Shown here: one piece after another, positions 42,013 through 52,930 of the stretch | How positions within the stretch are numbered: position 1 is the first letter of the stretch | Layout: each line of letters opens with the position of its first letter | Source of the DNA: Acutalibacteraceae bacterium | GTDB lineage: Bacteria > Bacillota > Clostridia > Oscillospirales > Acutalibacteraceae | Assembly: GCA_045600535.1 (NCBI GenBank) | Contig: JAZRYD010000018.1 | Location: 50,505 to 114,504, forward strand | Reading direction: 5' to 3' | Length of the DNA stretch: 64,000 nt | Position numbers and translations under genes: made by a program | Notes under the pieces: model-generated | The model's input: only the letters and a program-made list of their open reading frames with translations | Told to the model about the DNA's origin: nothing | Databases searched by the model: none

Positions 42013-42750
42013 TCATTTTGCCGCCGTATCGGCAGGAACTTCCGTTTCTGAGTTTTCCGCTTGCTTTGAATGTTTGCTTGTGAAACGCTTCATAACAAGC
42101 GATGCACCGAGAGCAAAGAAAATAACGGGAAGAACATAAAGAAATGTTTTGGGGTCGGAAAAATTTCCCTTGTTTCCGGCAAGAGCCCACAGAATATTGA
42201 GGGGCAGAGTGCCGAGATTTGCGGCAATGAAGAAATTTTTAAAGCTTATGCCTATTGCACCGAGGAGCAGACTGCTCACATCGCCCGGGATAACTCCGGT
42301 TGCCTTGACGAGAAAAGTGATGAGAAATTCGTTTTCATCGGTGAAATCATCGAATTTGCGCACCTTGGGGAACTTGCGTTTGAGCGACTCATACATTCCC
42401 TTTCCCGTGAATCTGCCGAGATAATAAGGAATGAGCATACTTGATATGGTTGCGATGAAATTAACAAGTATTGCAACTCCGAGATTATCGAAAACAATTC
42501 CGGACACCGCAAAAACGATTGACGGGGTAATAACGAGCGCAAACGATTTGACGATTGTGAAAACTATGATTATCAGCGCAACGGTGAAAACGCTGCCGGA
42601 AAGCCACTGCTCAAGCGCGGCGGCATTCTTAACCGAAATATCATATTTTTTCATAAGCACAAGTGCGGTTACGAGCATTGCAAGCATGAACACAACCGAG
42701 GCTATCTGCAATGCTTTTATCAGGCCGTCATAATTTTTCTTCTTTTCCAT
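42013..42750 (-). CDS. TVP38/DedA (VTT domain) membrane protein, tandem paralog
   Basis: Colinear high similarity to 41281-41988. Confidence 0.82.
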   Translation of the reverse strand: MEKKKNYDGLIKALQIASVVFMLAMLVTALVLMKKYDISVKNAAALEQWLSGSVFTVALIIIVFTIVKSFALVITPSIVFAVSGIVFDNLGVAILVNFIATISSMLIPYYLGRFTGKGMYESLKRKFPKVRKFDDFTDENEFLITFLVKATGVIPGDVSSLLLGAIGISFKNFFIAANLGTLPLNILWALAGNKGNFSDPKTFLYVLPVIFFALGASLVMKRFTSKHSKQAENSETEVPADTAAK

Positions 42751-42771
42751 TCAGATAATTCCTTTCGTCCG

Positions 42772-44061
42772 TCAGAAAATTTTTCTTTCCATTCCGCGGT
42801 TGAGCTGCGGAAAATACGATGCAAAACGGTATTCGGGCTCTTTGTCAAATTCGATTTTTATAAGCGGAAGATTGAGTATCGGGTCGGGATTTTCGGCGGG
42901 AACATTTCTGAGAATTATTCTGTCACCCTTCTTTTCAAACTCAATCGGAGTGCCGTCCATAAGGGAAATGGATTTCGGAGCATCAAAGAAGCCGGCTATT
43001 GCCATTTCACCGTTTCTCGGAGCCCAGATTTTATTCCACATATAAACGGTATTGCCCTTTGTTGTCGGGCGTGAAACGCCGTTGCCCTGATTGGTATTTC
43101 CGGCGGTCTTTTTGAGACTGCCGTAAACCGCTTCGCCGTTTATTTCAAGCCATTTGCCGATTTTTTCAAGCGGTTCAACAGCCTCGGAGGGCACTGAACC
43201 GTCGGGCATCGGGCCGATATTCAGAAGCAGGTTTCCGCCTCTTTCGCAGCAGGTGTTGAGCATTGCGGCAATCTGCTGCGGTGAATGGCTGTAAGGTGCG
43301 GCCTGAGCGGAGTCAACATAGCCCCAGCTTATGCCGTTGAAGGTCATGCAGGCTTCCCAGTCACGCTCAACGGGCTTTATTTCGCCCTCGGGAGTGCCGA
43401 AATCCTCGGGCAGACGGCTTCTGTCGTTGATAATTATATCCGGCTGGAGAGAACGCAGAAATTGGTTTCTTTCAAGCGAATCCCAGCCCTCGTCGCTTTC
43501 AATCGGGTACGGCATATCGTACCAGAGAATATCTATTTTGCCGTAATTCGTGAGAAGCTCTTCATTGAGGTCGCGGATGTATTTCGTAAAGCGTCTGCGC
43601 GCTTCGGCATCATAGGCGCATATACCGCCGTCGGGGTGATGCCAGTCCATAAGTGATGTATAAAATCCGATTTTCAGGTCGTATTCACGGCAGGCATCAA
43701 CAAATTCACGAACGATGTCTCTGTGAGGGCCGTAATTTACGGAATTGAACGGGTTCACCTTTGAATCCCACAGGCTGAAGCCCTCATGGTGTCTTGTGGT
43801 GAGCACCATATATTTCATACCGGCTTTTTTGGCAAGTGCCGCCCATTCACGGCAGCAGCCCTCTTTCGGTGCGAATGTGTCCGCAAGCTTTTCGTATTCG
43901 GGAACGGGTATATTTTCGCAAACCTGAGCCCATTCGTTTCTGCCTATCTGAGAATAAAGACCGTAATGCACAAACATTCCGAAACGGGCTTCACGCCACC
44001 ACTTCATTCTTTTGTCACGGGTTGAATCAATTTCCGACTGATATTCGGGTTTTGAAAGCAT
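42772..44061 (-). CDS. Alpha-L-fucosidase, GH29
   Basis: WWREARFGMFVHYGLYS, TTRHHEGF, ILWYD, INDR, GNLLLNIGP; no signal peptide. Confidence 0.92.
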   Translation of the reverse strand: MLSKPEYQSEIDSTRDKRMKWWREARFGMFVHYGLYSQIGRNEWAQVCENIPVPEYEKLADTFAPKEGCCREWAALAKKAGMKYMVLTTRHHEGFSLWDSKVNPFNSVNYGPHRDIVREFVDACREYDLKIGFYTSLMDWHHPDGGICAYDAEARRRFTKYIRDLNEELLTNYGKIDILWYDMPYPIESDEGWDSLERNQFLRSLQPDIIINDRSRLPEDFGTPEGEIKPVERDWEACMTFNGISWGYVDSAQAAPYSHSPQQIAAMLNTCCERGGNLLLNIGPMPDGSVPSEAVEPLEKIGKWLEINGEAVYGSLKKTAGNTNQGNGVSRPTTKGNTVYMWNKIWAPRNGEMAIAGFFDAPKSISLMDGTPIEFEKKGDRIILRNVPAENPDPILNLPLIKIEFDKEPEYRFASYFPQLNRGMERKIF

Positions 44062-44208
44062 ATTAACACCTTTTTCCTGATTTTTTATAATTTTAACATA
44101 TATTTCCGCGTTTCTCAACATTTTTATGTAAATAAAATGTTACGCTTTTTTTCATATCTTGATTTTAAAGCGGCGGTATGATATATTAAATAAAAAGGGG
44201 ATGAAGCG

Positions 44209-45801
44209 ATGTTTAATTTTATAAGCAGATTTATTGCTTTGATGCTTGCTCTGCTTCTTATTATAATAAACTTTATCAGGGGTATACCCGGATTTATAAA
44301 TAAGCCCGACCCGACGGTGCCCGAAACGGGAACGGTTCAGACAACCTTGCCTTATACAACGGAATATTTTTCAACAACCGAACCGACAACTGCATCGTCA
44401 ACAACGGTCAGGGAAACCACAACGCAGTTCCGCACCGCCCCGTATATTAAAACCACCGCCGAAAAGGGCACGCTCATAAGAGCCGTAAATCCCGACGGAA
44501 TGACGATGTTCGGCGGAAAAGGAATTGATGTTTTCACTGGTGCGCAGGGAAATTACAACGGCTTTTATGCCTGCGGAGTGACCACCTCAACCGACGGCGA
44601 TATGCTCGGCAACACGGGCACTTCAAATTCGGCAAACGGCGCATTTATAGCAAAATTCAATCTTAAGATGCAGAAGCAATGGAATTATATCCTTTGTGCC
44701 AAAGGCGGCGGCGTTCAGGTTCGTGATGTTGTGATTCTTTCGGACGGAAATATAGTTGCCGCAGGCTATTCCGATGCTCCCGACTATGCTTCGGATAACG
44801 CATATAAGGGCACATTTGAAGCATTTATTATCAAGCTTTCGCCAAACGGTGAGCTGATATGGAAAAAACCCTTCGGCGGAAGCGGCTTCGATAAATTCAA
44901 CTGCATATGCGCTTCGGGAACGGGCTTTGCAGTCGGCGGAAGCTCTTCATCGCATGACGGTGATTTCGCTTTCCTGCCCGATTCGGGAATTTCAAGCGCA
45001 ATGATAATGAATTTCGATGCTGACGGAAATATTCTTTGGAGCAGGTATCTCAACGGCAAAAACGGCGCTTCGATTGACGGAATTTCGTCAGACAAATCCG
45101 GCAATATTTTTGCAGCCTGTGTCACACGCTCAACCGACGGCGATTTTGCACAGCTTGAGGGAATGAAAGGCGATTATACCGATACGGTTGTGTTAAAATA
45201 CGATAATTCCGGCAGCCGTAAATGGAGTTATGTTATAGCCTCAACCGGAGCGGATAATTTTGCGGCAGTTGCCGCCGACGATGAGGGCGGCTGCCTTGTG
45301 GCGGGATATTTTGACAAGGCAGGGTCGGTTCTCCCCGACGGAACTCTCAGCGGATTATATTACCACGGCGGAATTGATTCCTGCGTTATCAGGCTCAATT
45401 CAAACGGAACGAGAAAATGGATTAAATCCGTTTCGGGTCTCGGAGACGATTATATTTACGATATAATAAAAACCAACGGAGGCTACGCCGTTACGGGCAA
45501 AACGAACTCGTCCGATGCCGAATTTAACGGCAAAAACATTTGCGGCGGTTCGGACGGCTTCATAGATTTCTTTACTCCGGGCGGTTCAACCGTTTCGATT
45601 TATATTCAGGGAGGTTCGAGAGAGGACAGCGCCGACTGCGCCGTGATGTGCGGAAGCAACGATATTGCGGCTCTCGGAAAATCGGTTTCCAACGACGGAT
45701 TTTTCAACGGATACAACACACATCTTACCGACGGACTGATAGATATAATCGGAAACGCCTATACGGGATATATCGCAAATTATATGATTAACGCCAACTG
45801 A
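44209..45801 (+). CDS. Membrane-anchored/exported beta-propeller repeat protein with Thr-rich linker
   Basis: Hydrophobic N-terminus, T-rich stalk, repeated W...GG.G.D and S.DGDF units. Confidence 0.7.
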   Translation: MFNFISRFIALMLALLLIIINFIRGIPGFINKPDPTVPETGTVQTTLPYTTEYFSTTEPTTASSTTVRETTTQFRTAPYIKTTAEKGTLIRAVNPDGMTMFGGKGIDVFTGAQGNYNGFYACGVTTSTDGDMLGNTGTSNSANGAFIAKFNLKMQKQWNYILCAKGGGVQVRDVVILSDGNIVAAGYSDAPDYASDNAYKGTFEAFIIKLSPNGELIWKKPFGGSGFDKFNCICASGTGFAVGGSSSSHDGDFAFLPDSGISSAMIMNFDADGNILWSRYLNGKNGASIDGISSDKSGNIFAACVTRSTDGDFAQLEGMKGDYTDTVVLKYDNSGSRKWSYVIASTGADNFAAVAADDEGGCLVAGYFDKAGSVLPDGTLSGLYYHGGIDSCVIRLNSNGTRKWIKSVSGLGDDYIYDIIKTNGGYAVTGKTNSSDAEFNGKNICGGSDGFIDFFTPGGSTVSIYIQGGSREDSADCAVMCGSNDIAALGKSVSNDGFFNGYNTHLTDGLIDIIGNAYTGYIANYMINAN

Positions 45802-45807
45802 ATACGG

Positions 45808-45842
45808 AAAACGGACTTGTGAAAAACCGCAAGTCCGTTTTT
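45808..45842. terminator. Bidirectional terminator
   Basis: AAAACGGACTTGTG...CGCAAGTCCGTTTTT. Confidence 0.8.
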
Positions 45843-45857
45843 GAATATTGTCAGAAG

Positions 45858-47273
45858 TTACATTTCTTTATACAGCTTTATGTATTCCTTTGCCGAGCGG
45901 CTCCAGCTGTTATCACATTCAAGGGCGCGTTTAACGAGAACATTCCACTTATCCTTATCATAATAAGCGGCAAGCGCGCGCCTGATTGCATCAAGCATAT
46001 CATAAGCGTCATAGCTCTTGAAGGTGAAGCCGTTGCCTTTTCCGTCACCGCTGTCGGTGATGGTATCCTTGAGTCCGCCTGTTTCTCTTACTATGGGAAC
46101 CGTGCCGTAGCGCAGGGCAACCATCTGCGAAAGTCCGCAGGGCTCACTCTTGGAGGGCATTAAGAACAGGTCGCTGCCTGCATAAATCTTTCTTGCAAGG
46201 TCGGGAATGAAGCCGACGCGCAGACCGACTTTTTCGGGGAACGCCGAGGCAGCCTCTCTGAAAAATGATTCATATTCCCAGTCTCCCGAGCCGAGAACGG
46301 CAAGCTGAACATCGCTCGTTTCAAGAAGCTCCCACATAATTTTCTTTATAAGGTCGAAGCCCTTGTGTGCAACAAGTCTTGAAACTATTCCGATAACGGG
46401 AGTCTCTGCCTTTACGGGCAGACCCAGAAGCTCCTGAAGAGCGGCTTTGTTTTCAGCCTTGCCCGAGGGGTCGGAAGCCGAGAAGTTTACGAATATGCTC
46501 TTATCCGTTTCGGGGTCATAGCCGACGGTATCAATTCCGTTGAGTATGCCGCTGAGCTTATAGCTTCTCTCTTTGAGAATGGGGTGAAGTCCGTGGCTGA
46601 ACCACGGGTCAAGAATTTCGCCCGCATAGGTGTTGCTTACGGTGGTAACCTTATTGGCGCATTCGATACCGCCCTTCATAAGGTTTATGCAGTCACCGAA
46701 TTCAACGAGTGATGCGTGTTCTTCTCCGAGACCGAAAACATCACCGAGGATTTCTTTTCCGTAAATTCCCTGATACTGGATATTGTGAATTGTGAAAACG
46801 GTCTTTATTCCCGTGAAGCCCTCACGGTTTGCGTACATTGTTGAATAGTAAACCGGAACGAGCGCACTCTGCCAGTCGTTGCAGTGGATTATATCGGGCT
46901 TGAAGTCGATATAGGGCAGAATTTCAAGCACCGCTCTTGAAAAGAACGCAAATCTTTCGCCGTCATCATAGTGACCGTAAAGAGTGTTTCTTTTGAAATA
47001 ATATTCATTGTCGATAAGATAATATATAACCCCGTTTGCCTTTGCCTCAAATATTCCGCAGTACTGCATACGCCACGAAACGGGAACCATAATGTTGGTT
47101 ATGAATCTCATTGAGGAACGCAGTTCATCGCTGACCGTTCCGTAAAGCGGCATAACAACGCGGCAGGCAACTCTGTGGTTCCTGAGAGCCTTGGGAAGTG
47201 AACCCGCAACATCGGCAAGTCCGCCGCTTGCGGCAAAGGGGAGAGCTTCGCTTGCAACATATAAAACTTTCAT
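45858..47273 (-). CDS. glgA: Glycogen synthase
   Basis: SGGLADV, IHCNDWQ, TIHNIQYQG, MPS.SEPCGLSQ, TGGL.DT. Confidence 0.96.
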   Translation of the reverse strand: MKVLYVASEALPFAASGGLADVAGSLPKALRNHRVACRVVMPLYGTVSDELRSSMRFITNIMVPVSWRMQYCGIFEAKANGVIYYLIDNEYYFKRNTLYGHYDDGERFAFFSRAVLEILPYIDFKPDIIHCNDWQSALVPVYYSTMYANREGFTGIKTVFTIHNIQYQGIYGKEILGDVFGLGEEHASLVEFGDCINLMKGGIECANKVTTVSNTYAGEILDPWFSHGLHPILKERSYKLSGILNGIDTVGYDPETDKSIFVNFSASDPSGKAENKAALQELLGLPVKAETPVIGIVSRLVAHKGFDLIKKIMWELLETSDVQLAVLGSGDWEYESFFREAASAFPEKVGLRVGFIPDLARKIYAGSDLFLMPSKSEPCGLSQMVALRYGTVPIVRETGGLKDTITDSGDGKGNGFTFKSYDAYDMLDAIRRALAAYYDKDKWNVLVKRALECDNSWSRSAKEYIKLYKEM

Positions 47274-47310
47274 TTTGTTATCCTTTCACTTTTGGTTAAG
47301 TTAATAATGC

Positions 47311-47486
47311 GAGTTTTCAGTTTTCGGTTTTCAGAGTTTACTTCTAACCGCTCACTTCTGACTTCTGATTGACGAATCCATGCCGGCGGGATGTGGTCAT
47401 CCCGCCCTACAATGTGGTTTTTATATATAATCGGGTACGGGCAGAGCCCGTCATTAATTCTGAATTCCGAACTCCGAATTCAAAAT
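47311..47486 (-). repeat. Composite intergenic repeat variant with a GTAG-type REP core
   Basis: Minus strand: AATTCGG-type heptamers, hairpin ACGGGC-tct-GCCCGT, GTAG-GGCGGGATG-acca-CATCCCGCC, then AGAAGTC and GAAAACT heptamers. Confidence 0.75.
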
Positions 47487-47509
47487 GCGTTTTTACTTCA
47501 AACTGAAAA

Positions 47510-48448
47510 TCATTTAAATAATACCGCCGTATAATAAGTTCCCTTATATCTTATAACTGCCGTTCCGACCTCGGAAACGCTGTCGGAGAGAGCCGAGCCC
47601 TCTGCCTGAGAAGCGGCGCTGTCGCAAAGTGAGCTTCCGCCGTAATCGGTGGTCATTGTGTATGAAGCTGACGGCAGGGAGATTTTTCCGTAAAGGTCGG
47701 GGAAAATCATTGACATACATTTTGTGCTTGCAAGCGCTTTAAGGTCGCTTGAGGTTGAAAGCCGTTCAAGCCCGTTGGCTTCGCGGTTCGAATTTATCTG
47801 GGTTATAATTCCCGAAGCGAGTGCGTCCTCCTTGGAAGCATCGTTTTTCTTTTTGTCTTTTGAAGCCGTTGTGCTTTCTTCTCCCGAGGCGGGAGCTTCT
47901 GTCGGATAGGGGTCAAGCGTAACGATTTCGGTTATCGGGTTTCCGTTTTCATCCTTTTTGACCCTGTGAAGCTTATCCGTTACCGCCATACCCTCCGTGC
48001 GCGGAATATAAGCGGTTGTTATTTCTCCGCTCGGCGCTTCGGTAACGGGAATGGTGTGCACAACCACCTGCGTGAGCGGCACTCCGTTTTCATCAACAAG
48101 CAGATAACCGTCTTCGTCCGTCACCTCAACCACTTCGGTTTCTTCAATATAGCTAACGGTTGATTCGGGAGCGGAGGTCGGAGGCGGAGTTGTGGTCGGA
48201 TAGACATAGAACGAGCTGACACGGGGTCTTACATAGTAATCCACCATGGTATAATAAACCACCTCGCCGTTCTCCATAGTCTGGCTGGCAAGCACAACGG
48301 AGCTTTCAACAACGGTATCGGGCTCCTTATCTTTTTTCTCAAATACGCCTGTTTTTATCAGAATAACAACCAGAGCCAGAACGAGTGCAACTCCGGCAAC
48401 AACGGCGGTGAGAATATTTTGAGTTGAAGGTTTTTTTTCGGATGACAT
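47510..48448 (-). CDS. Membrane-anchored protein with Pro/Thr-rich repeats and a C-terminal CAP/SCP-like domain
   Basis: N-terminal TM; IITQINSNREANGL..L...L...A and EVGTAV...YYTAVLF CAP-like pattern. Confidence 0.65.
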   Translation of the reverse strand: MSSEKKPSTQNILTAVVAGVALVLALVVILIKTGVFEKKDKEPDTVVESSVVLASQTMENGEVVYYTMVDYYVRPRVSSFYVYPTTTPPPTSAPESTVSYIEETEVVEVTDEDGYLLVDENGVPLTQVVVHTIPVTEAPSGEITTAYIPRTEGMAVTDKLHRVKKDENGNPITEIVTLDPYPTEAPASGEESTTASKDKKKNDASKEDALASGIITQINSNREANGLERLSTSSDLKALASTKCMSMIFPDLYGKISLPSASYTMTTDYGGSSLCDSAASQAEGSALSDSVSEVGTAVIRYKGTYYTAVLFK

Positions 48449-48464
48449 CAGAAACAGCACTTCC

Positions 48465-49577
48465 TCAGATAACGATTCCTTTTCCTACATAAACGGGATA
48501 ATTTGATGCACCGCAGAGAGTCTTGCCGGGCTTGACCGCTGCGGATTTATCAATAATAACGCATTCAAGACTTGCGTTTTCGCCGATATAGGAATCCTGC
48601 ATAATAATTGAATTTTTGATTTTCGCTCCCTTGGCAATGGTTACGCCGCGGAAGAGAATGCAGTTTTCAACCTCGCCTTCAATGCGGCAGCCGTCTGCAA
48701 TAAGTGAATTTTCAACCTTTGCGCCGATGCCGTAGAATGCGGGCACTTCATCTCTTGTTTTGGTGTAAACAGGTCTGTCGGAGATGAAAAGCTCTTTTCT
48801 GTTTTTATATTCAAGCAGCTCAAGGCTTACATCATAATAATCCTGAAGCGATGCCAGAACTCTTACGAAGCCCTTCTGCTCATAGCCGTAAACGGCAATA
48901 TTGTTAAGGTTCTTTGAAATAAGGGTTTCAAAATCGTCTATTCTCAGCGAACGCGCTTCAAAGAGAAGTCTTTCAAGCATGGTTCTGTTGATAAGCATAA
49001 CCTTGAGTGAATAATCCTTTTCTTCTTCGCAGCCCTCGGACGATACGGCGGAAACGATTTTTCCGTCTTTATCAAATCCGAACAGAGTGGCGTTCTTTAT
49101 CTTCTGCGGAACTCCGTGAGCATAGGCGATGGTGGCGTCCGCCTTGTTTGCAATATGCTCGGCAAGCATTTTGTCAAAATCAAAACCGGTTATAACATTG
49201 CAGTCGGCAAGCAGAACATAATCCTTGCCCGATGTGGTGATATAATCAATGCTTCCGCAGAGGGCATCAAGCTTTCCGGCGGACATACCGGTTTCGGCAG
49301 TGTTATAGGGCGGCAGAATGGTCATACCGTCTCTTTTCCTTGAAAGGTCCCACTCCTTGCCGTTGCCGACATGGTCCATAAGTGAACGGTAATTGCTCTT
49401 TGTGATTATGCCTACCTGAGAAATTCCGGCGTTAACCATATCGGAGAGTGAGAAGTCTATAAGGCGGTATCTGCCCGCAAACGGAACGGAACCCATAGTT
49501 CTGAACGAGGTCATTTCGGGAAGAACTTCATCATAAGCATTTGAGAAAATTATTCCGAGAACATTATTTGCAGACAT
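48465..49577 (-). CDS. glgD: ADP-glucose pyrophosphorylase subunit GlgD
   Basis: SVPFAGRYRLIDF.LS, SLMDHVG.GKEWDL.RK, C-terminal beta-helix. Confidence 0.95.
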   Translation of the reverse strand: MSANNVLGIIFSNAYDEVLPEMTSFRTMGSVPFAGRYRLIDFSLSDMVNAGISQVGIITKSNYRSLMDHVGNGKEWDLSRKRDGMTILPPYNTAETGMSAGKLDALCGSIDYITTSGKDYVLLADCNVITGFDFDKMLAEHIANKADATIAYAHGVPQKIKNATLFGFDKDGKIVSAVSSEGCEEEKDYSLKVMLINRTMLERLLFEARSLRIDDFETLISKNLNNIAVYGYEQKGFVRVLASLQDYYDVSLELLEYKNRKELFISDRPVYTKTRDEVPAFYGIGAKVENSLIADGCRIEGEVENCILFRGVTIAKGAKIKNSIIMQDSYIGENASLECVIIDKSAAVKPGKTLCGASNYPVYVGKGIVI

Positions 49578-50791
49578 TATTTCGCACCTCCTATATCGCT
49601 GTCAACCATTTCCTTGGGCATTACCTTTGCGCCCTTGCCGATATTGACTCCGCTGCCGATAACGGCAACGCCCCAGTCATCAATATTCTCCATATTTTCG
49701 GGTCTTTCGCCCACAACCGCATTTTCTTCGATAACGGCGTTTTCGGCAACTATCGAATACTGAACAACAGCGCCTTTCTTAATCACCGTTCCGGGCATAA
49801 CGATTGAATATCTTACCTCTGCGCCCTCTTCTACGGTTACGTTTGCAAAGAGAACCGAGAAATCTATATCACCGTTTATCTCGCAGCCCTCTGTTATCAT
49901 CGAGTTTTCAACCTTTGCGGTTTTGCCGATGTAGTGAGGCGGTGCAACGGGAGATTTTGAATAGATTTTCCAGCTGTCATCATCAAGATTGAGGTCAACC
50001 TTCGGATTGAGCAGGTCAAGGTTTGCATCCCACAGGCTGTTGATTGTTCCGACATCCTTCCAGTAGCCGTCAAACTGATAAGCAAACATTCTTTCTCCGT
50101 TTGAGTGCATTGCGGGAATTACATCGTGGCCGAAATCGTTGCCCGAATTTTCGTTGGCTTCATCTTCAATGAGATATTTTCTGAGCTTTTTCCAGTTGAA
50201 AACATAAACGCCCATTGAAGCCTTGTTGCTTCTCGGATTTTTCGGCTTTTCCTCAAATTCGGCGATAGAACCGTCATCATTGACTATCATAAGTCCGAAA
50301 CGGCTTGCCTCCTCCCAGGGAACTTCAAGCATTGCGATTGTGCAGTCCGCATTCTTCTGCTTATGGTAATCAATCATCTTGGCGTAATCCATTTTGTAAA
50401 TATGGTCGCCGGAGAGAATGAGAACATATTCGGGGTCATATCTTTCAATGAAATTGATATTCTGATATATTGCGTTTGCCGTGCCCTTGTACCATTCCGT
50501 ACCCTTTATCTGCTGATAGGGTGAAAGAATATGCACGCCGCCGTTGGCTCTGTCCAAATCCCAGGGCTGTCCGTTGCCGATATAATCATTCAGCTCAAGC
50601 GGCTGATACTGAGTAAGCACGCCGACTGTGTAAATTCCGGAGTTTACGCAGTTTGAGAGCGGGAAATCAATTATACGGTATTTTCCGCCGTAGGGAACGG
50701 CGGGCTTTGCTATTTTCTTTGTGAGAATGCCGAGACGGCTTCCCTGACCGCCTGCAAGAAGCATTGCTATACATTCGGGTTTGACTGCCAT
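49577..50791 (-). CDS. glgC: Glucose-1-phosphate adenylyltransferase
   Basis: [37 protein letters not shown]. Confidence 0.97.
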   Translation of the reverse strand: MAVKPECIAMLLAGGQGSRLGILTKKIAKPAVPYGGKYRIIDFPLSNCVNSGIYTVGVLTQYQPLELNDYIGNGQPWDLDRANGGVHILSPYQQIKGTEWYKGTANAIYQNINFIERYDPEYVLILSGDHIYKMDYAKMIDYHKQKNADCTIAMLEVPWEEASRFGLMIVNDDGSIAEFEEKPKNPRSNKASMGVYVFNWKKLRKYLIEDEANENSGNDFGHDVIPAMHSNGERMFAYQFDGYWKDVGTINSLWDANLDLLNPKVDLNLDDDSWKIYSKSPVAPPHYIGKTAKVENSMITEGCEINGDIDFSVLFANVTVEEGAEVRYSIVMPGTVIKKGAVVQYSIVAENAVIEENAVVGERPENMENIDDWGVAVIGSGVNIGKGAKVMPKEMVDSDIGGAK

Positions 50792-50793
50792 TT

Positions 50794-52701
50794 TTAATTT
50801 CCTCCTTTTATATCAGAAACCTGTTTTCTTGAAGTGTTTTTTATGTACATACAGCTTAAGCCCTCAATATCAAACTCAATGCTGTATTCAAATCCGTGCA
50901 TCGGCATCTTTTTTGCCTTAACCGAGCCTGCCGTGCTTTCTCCTCTGCCGCCGTAAACGGGGTCTGAGGAGCTGAATATAACTCTGTATGTTCCGGCTTT
51001 GGGAACGCCGATGCGGTATTTTTCTCTTGTTACATTTGTAAAATTGCAAAGGGCTATTATTTCGTTTCCCGCCTTATCCCGTCTGATATAGGAAACAACG
51101 GAATTGGAGCTGTCATCGCTGATTATCCAGGAGAAGCCGTCCCAACCGTAATCTATTTCCCAGAAAGCGGGATTTTTAAGATAGAATTTATTGAGGTCGG
51201 CAACATATTTTTTAAGCTGACGGTGTGCTTCATAATCAAGCAGAAGCCAGTCAAGCTGCTGTTTATAATTCCATTCGATAAACTGACCGAATTCGCTGCC
51301 CATAAACAGAAGCTTTTTGCCCGGGTGCGACATCATATATCCGAGGAATGAGCGCATACCCGCAAATTTTTCGGTGTAGCCGCCCGGCATTTTGTTTATA
51401 AGCGAGCATTTCCCGTGAACAACCTCATCGTGAGAAATCGGCAGCACGAAATTTTCGGAGAACGCATAGAAGAAAGAGAATGTGAGGCAATCGTGGTTGA
51501 ACTTTCTGAAATAACCGTCAAGCGAAAAATATTTCAGGCAGTCATTCATCCAGCCCATATTCCATTTGAAGTTGAAGCCCAGACCGCCCATATAGGTCGG
51601 CTTTGAAACCATCGGCCATGCGGTGCTTTCTTCGGCAATCATCATAACATCGCCGTGCTCTCTGAAAATTGATTCGTTAAGCTTTCTCAAAAACGCCACC
51701 GCTTCGAGATTTTCTCTGCCGCCCGCAGAATTCGGAATCCAGCTTCCGTTTTCTCTGCCGTAATCGAGATAGAGCATTGAGGCAACCGCGTCAACGCGCA
51801 GACCGTCAATGTGATATTTATCAATCCAGAGCATTGCACTTGAAATCAGGAAGCTTTGAACCTCGAGTTTGCCGTAGTCAAAAACTCTTGTGCCCCATTG
51901 ATAATGCTCACCCTTTTTCGGGTCGGCATATTCATAGCAGGCGCCGCCGTCAAATTCGTAAAGCCCGAAAGCATCTTTCGGGAAGTGAGCGGGAACCCAG
52001 TCAAGAATAACGCCTATTCCCGCCTGATGAGCCTTATCCACAAAATATGCGAAATCATCGGGTGTGCCGAAGCGTGAGGTCGGAGCAAAATAACCGGTTA
52101 CCTGATAGCCCCACGAGCCGTCAAACGGATGCTCCATAATCGGCAGAAGCTCAATATGAGTATATCCCATTTCGGAAACATAAGGCACAAGCCTGTCGGC
52201 AAGCTCCCTGTATGAAAGGGGATTGCCGTCACCGTAAAGCTGCCATGAGCCTGCGTGCACTTCATATATATTTACGGGAGAATCATATATGACTTTATTT
52301 TTTCTCTTGCGAAGCCAGCCCTTATCGTTCCATTCAAAATCAAGTGTTCCGTAGTATTTTGAAGCTGTTCCGGGCCTTGTTTCCGCGTGAAAGGCGAACG
52401 GGTCGCATTTCATATATTTTTTGCCGTCGGCAAGGGTAAAGCAGAATTTATAAGCATCAAATTTTTCAACGCCCTCAACCGTGCATTCCCAGACACCGCC
52501 GCTGATTTTTTTCATCAGCGCTTTTTCGGCATTCCATTCGTTAAAGTCTCCGGCAACTCCCGCTTTTTTAACGTTCGGAGCCCATACCCTGAATGTTACT
52601 CTGTTTTCACCGTCGGGGTGAGCGCCGAGATATTCATATGCCTTTGCGTTTGTACCCTCGTGAAAAAGATAAAGGGGAAGATTGTTTTCTTTTTTTGCCA
52701 T
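50794..52701 (-). CDS. glgB: 1,4-alpha-glucan branching enzyme
   Basis: [45 protein letters not shown]. Confidence 0.97.
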   Translation of the reverse strand: MAKKENNLPLYLFHEGTNAKAYEYLGAHPDGENRVTFRVWAPNVKKAGVAGDFNEWNAEKALMKKISGGVWECTVEGVEKFDAYKFCFTLADGKKYMKCDPFAFHAETRPGTASKYYGTLDFEWNDKGWLRKRKNKVIYDSPVNIYEVHAGSWQLYGDGNPLSYRELADRLVPYVSEMGYTHIELLPIMEHPFDGSWGYQVTGYFAPTSRFGTPDDFAYFVDKAHQAGIGVILDWVPAHFPKDAFGLYEFDGGACYEYADPKKGEHYQWGTRVFDYGKLEVQSFLISSAMLWIDKYHIDGLRVDAVASMLYLDYGRENGSWIPNSAGGRENLEAVAFLRKLNESIFREHGDVMMIAEESTAWPMVSKPTYMGGLGFNFKWNMGWMNDCLKYFSLDGYFRKFNHDCLTFSFFYAFSENFVLPISHDEVVHGKCSLINKMPGGYTEKFAGMRSFLGYMMSHPGKKLLFMGSEFGQFIEWNYKQQLDWLLLDYEAHRQLKKYVADLNKFYLKNPAFWEIDYGWDGFSWIISDDSSNSVVSYIRRDKAGNEIIALCNFTNVTREKYRIGVPKAGTYRVIFSSSDPVYGGRGESTAGSVKAKKMPMHGFEYSIEFDIEGLSCMYIKNTSRKQVSDIKGGN

Positions 52702-52930
52702 TTCGGGAGCACCTCCTTTGATATGGCAACACTATGTGAGTCTAATTACTATTATTATAACAATATATAATAGTCTTTTCAAGTAAAAGACCGTGAATTT
52801 ATTAACAAAATCTTATTTATGCAATTTGACGATAAAAGTTACAAAGTTGTCACCGATATTGACAAAAAGTTATAAACTTGATATATTTTAAAATGAATTT
52901 TTATATCTGACGGCAAGGAGCTCCGATAAT

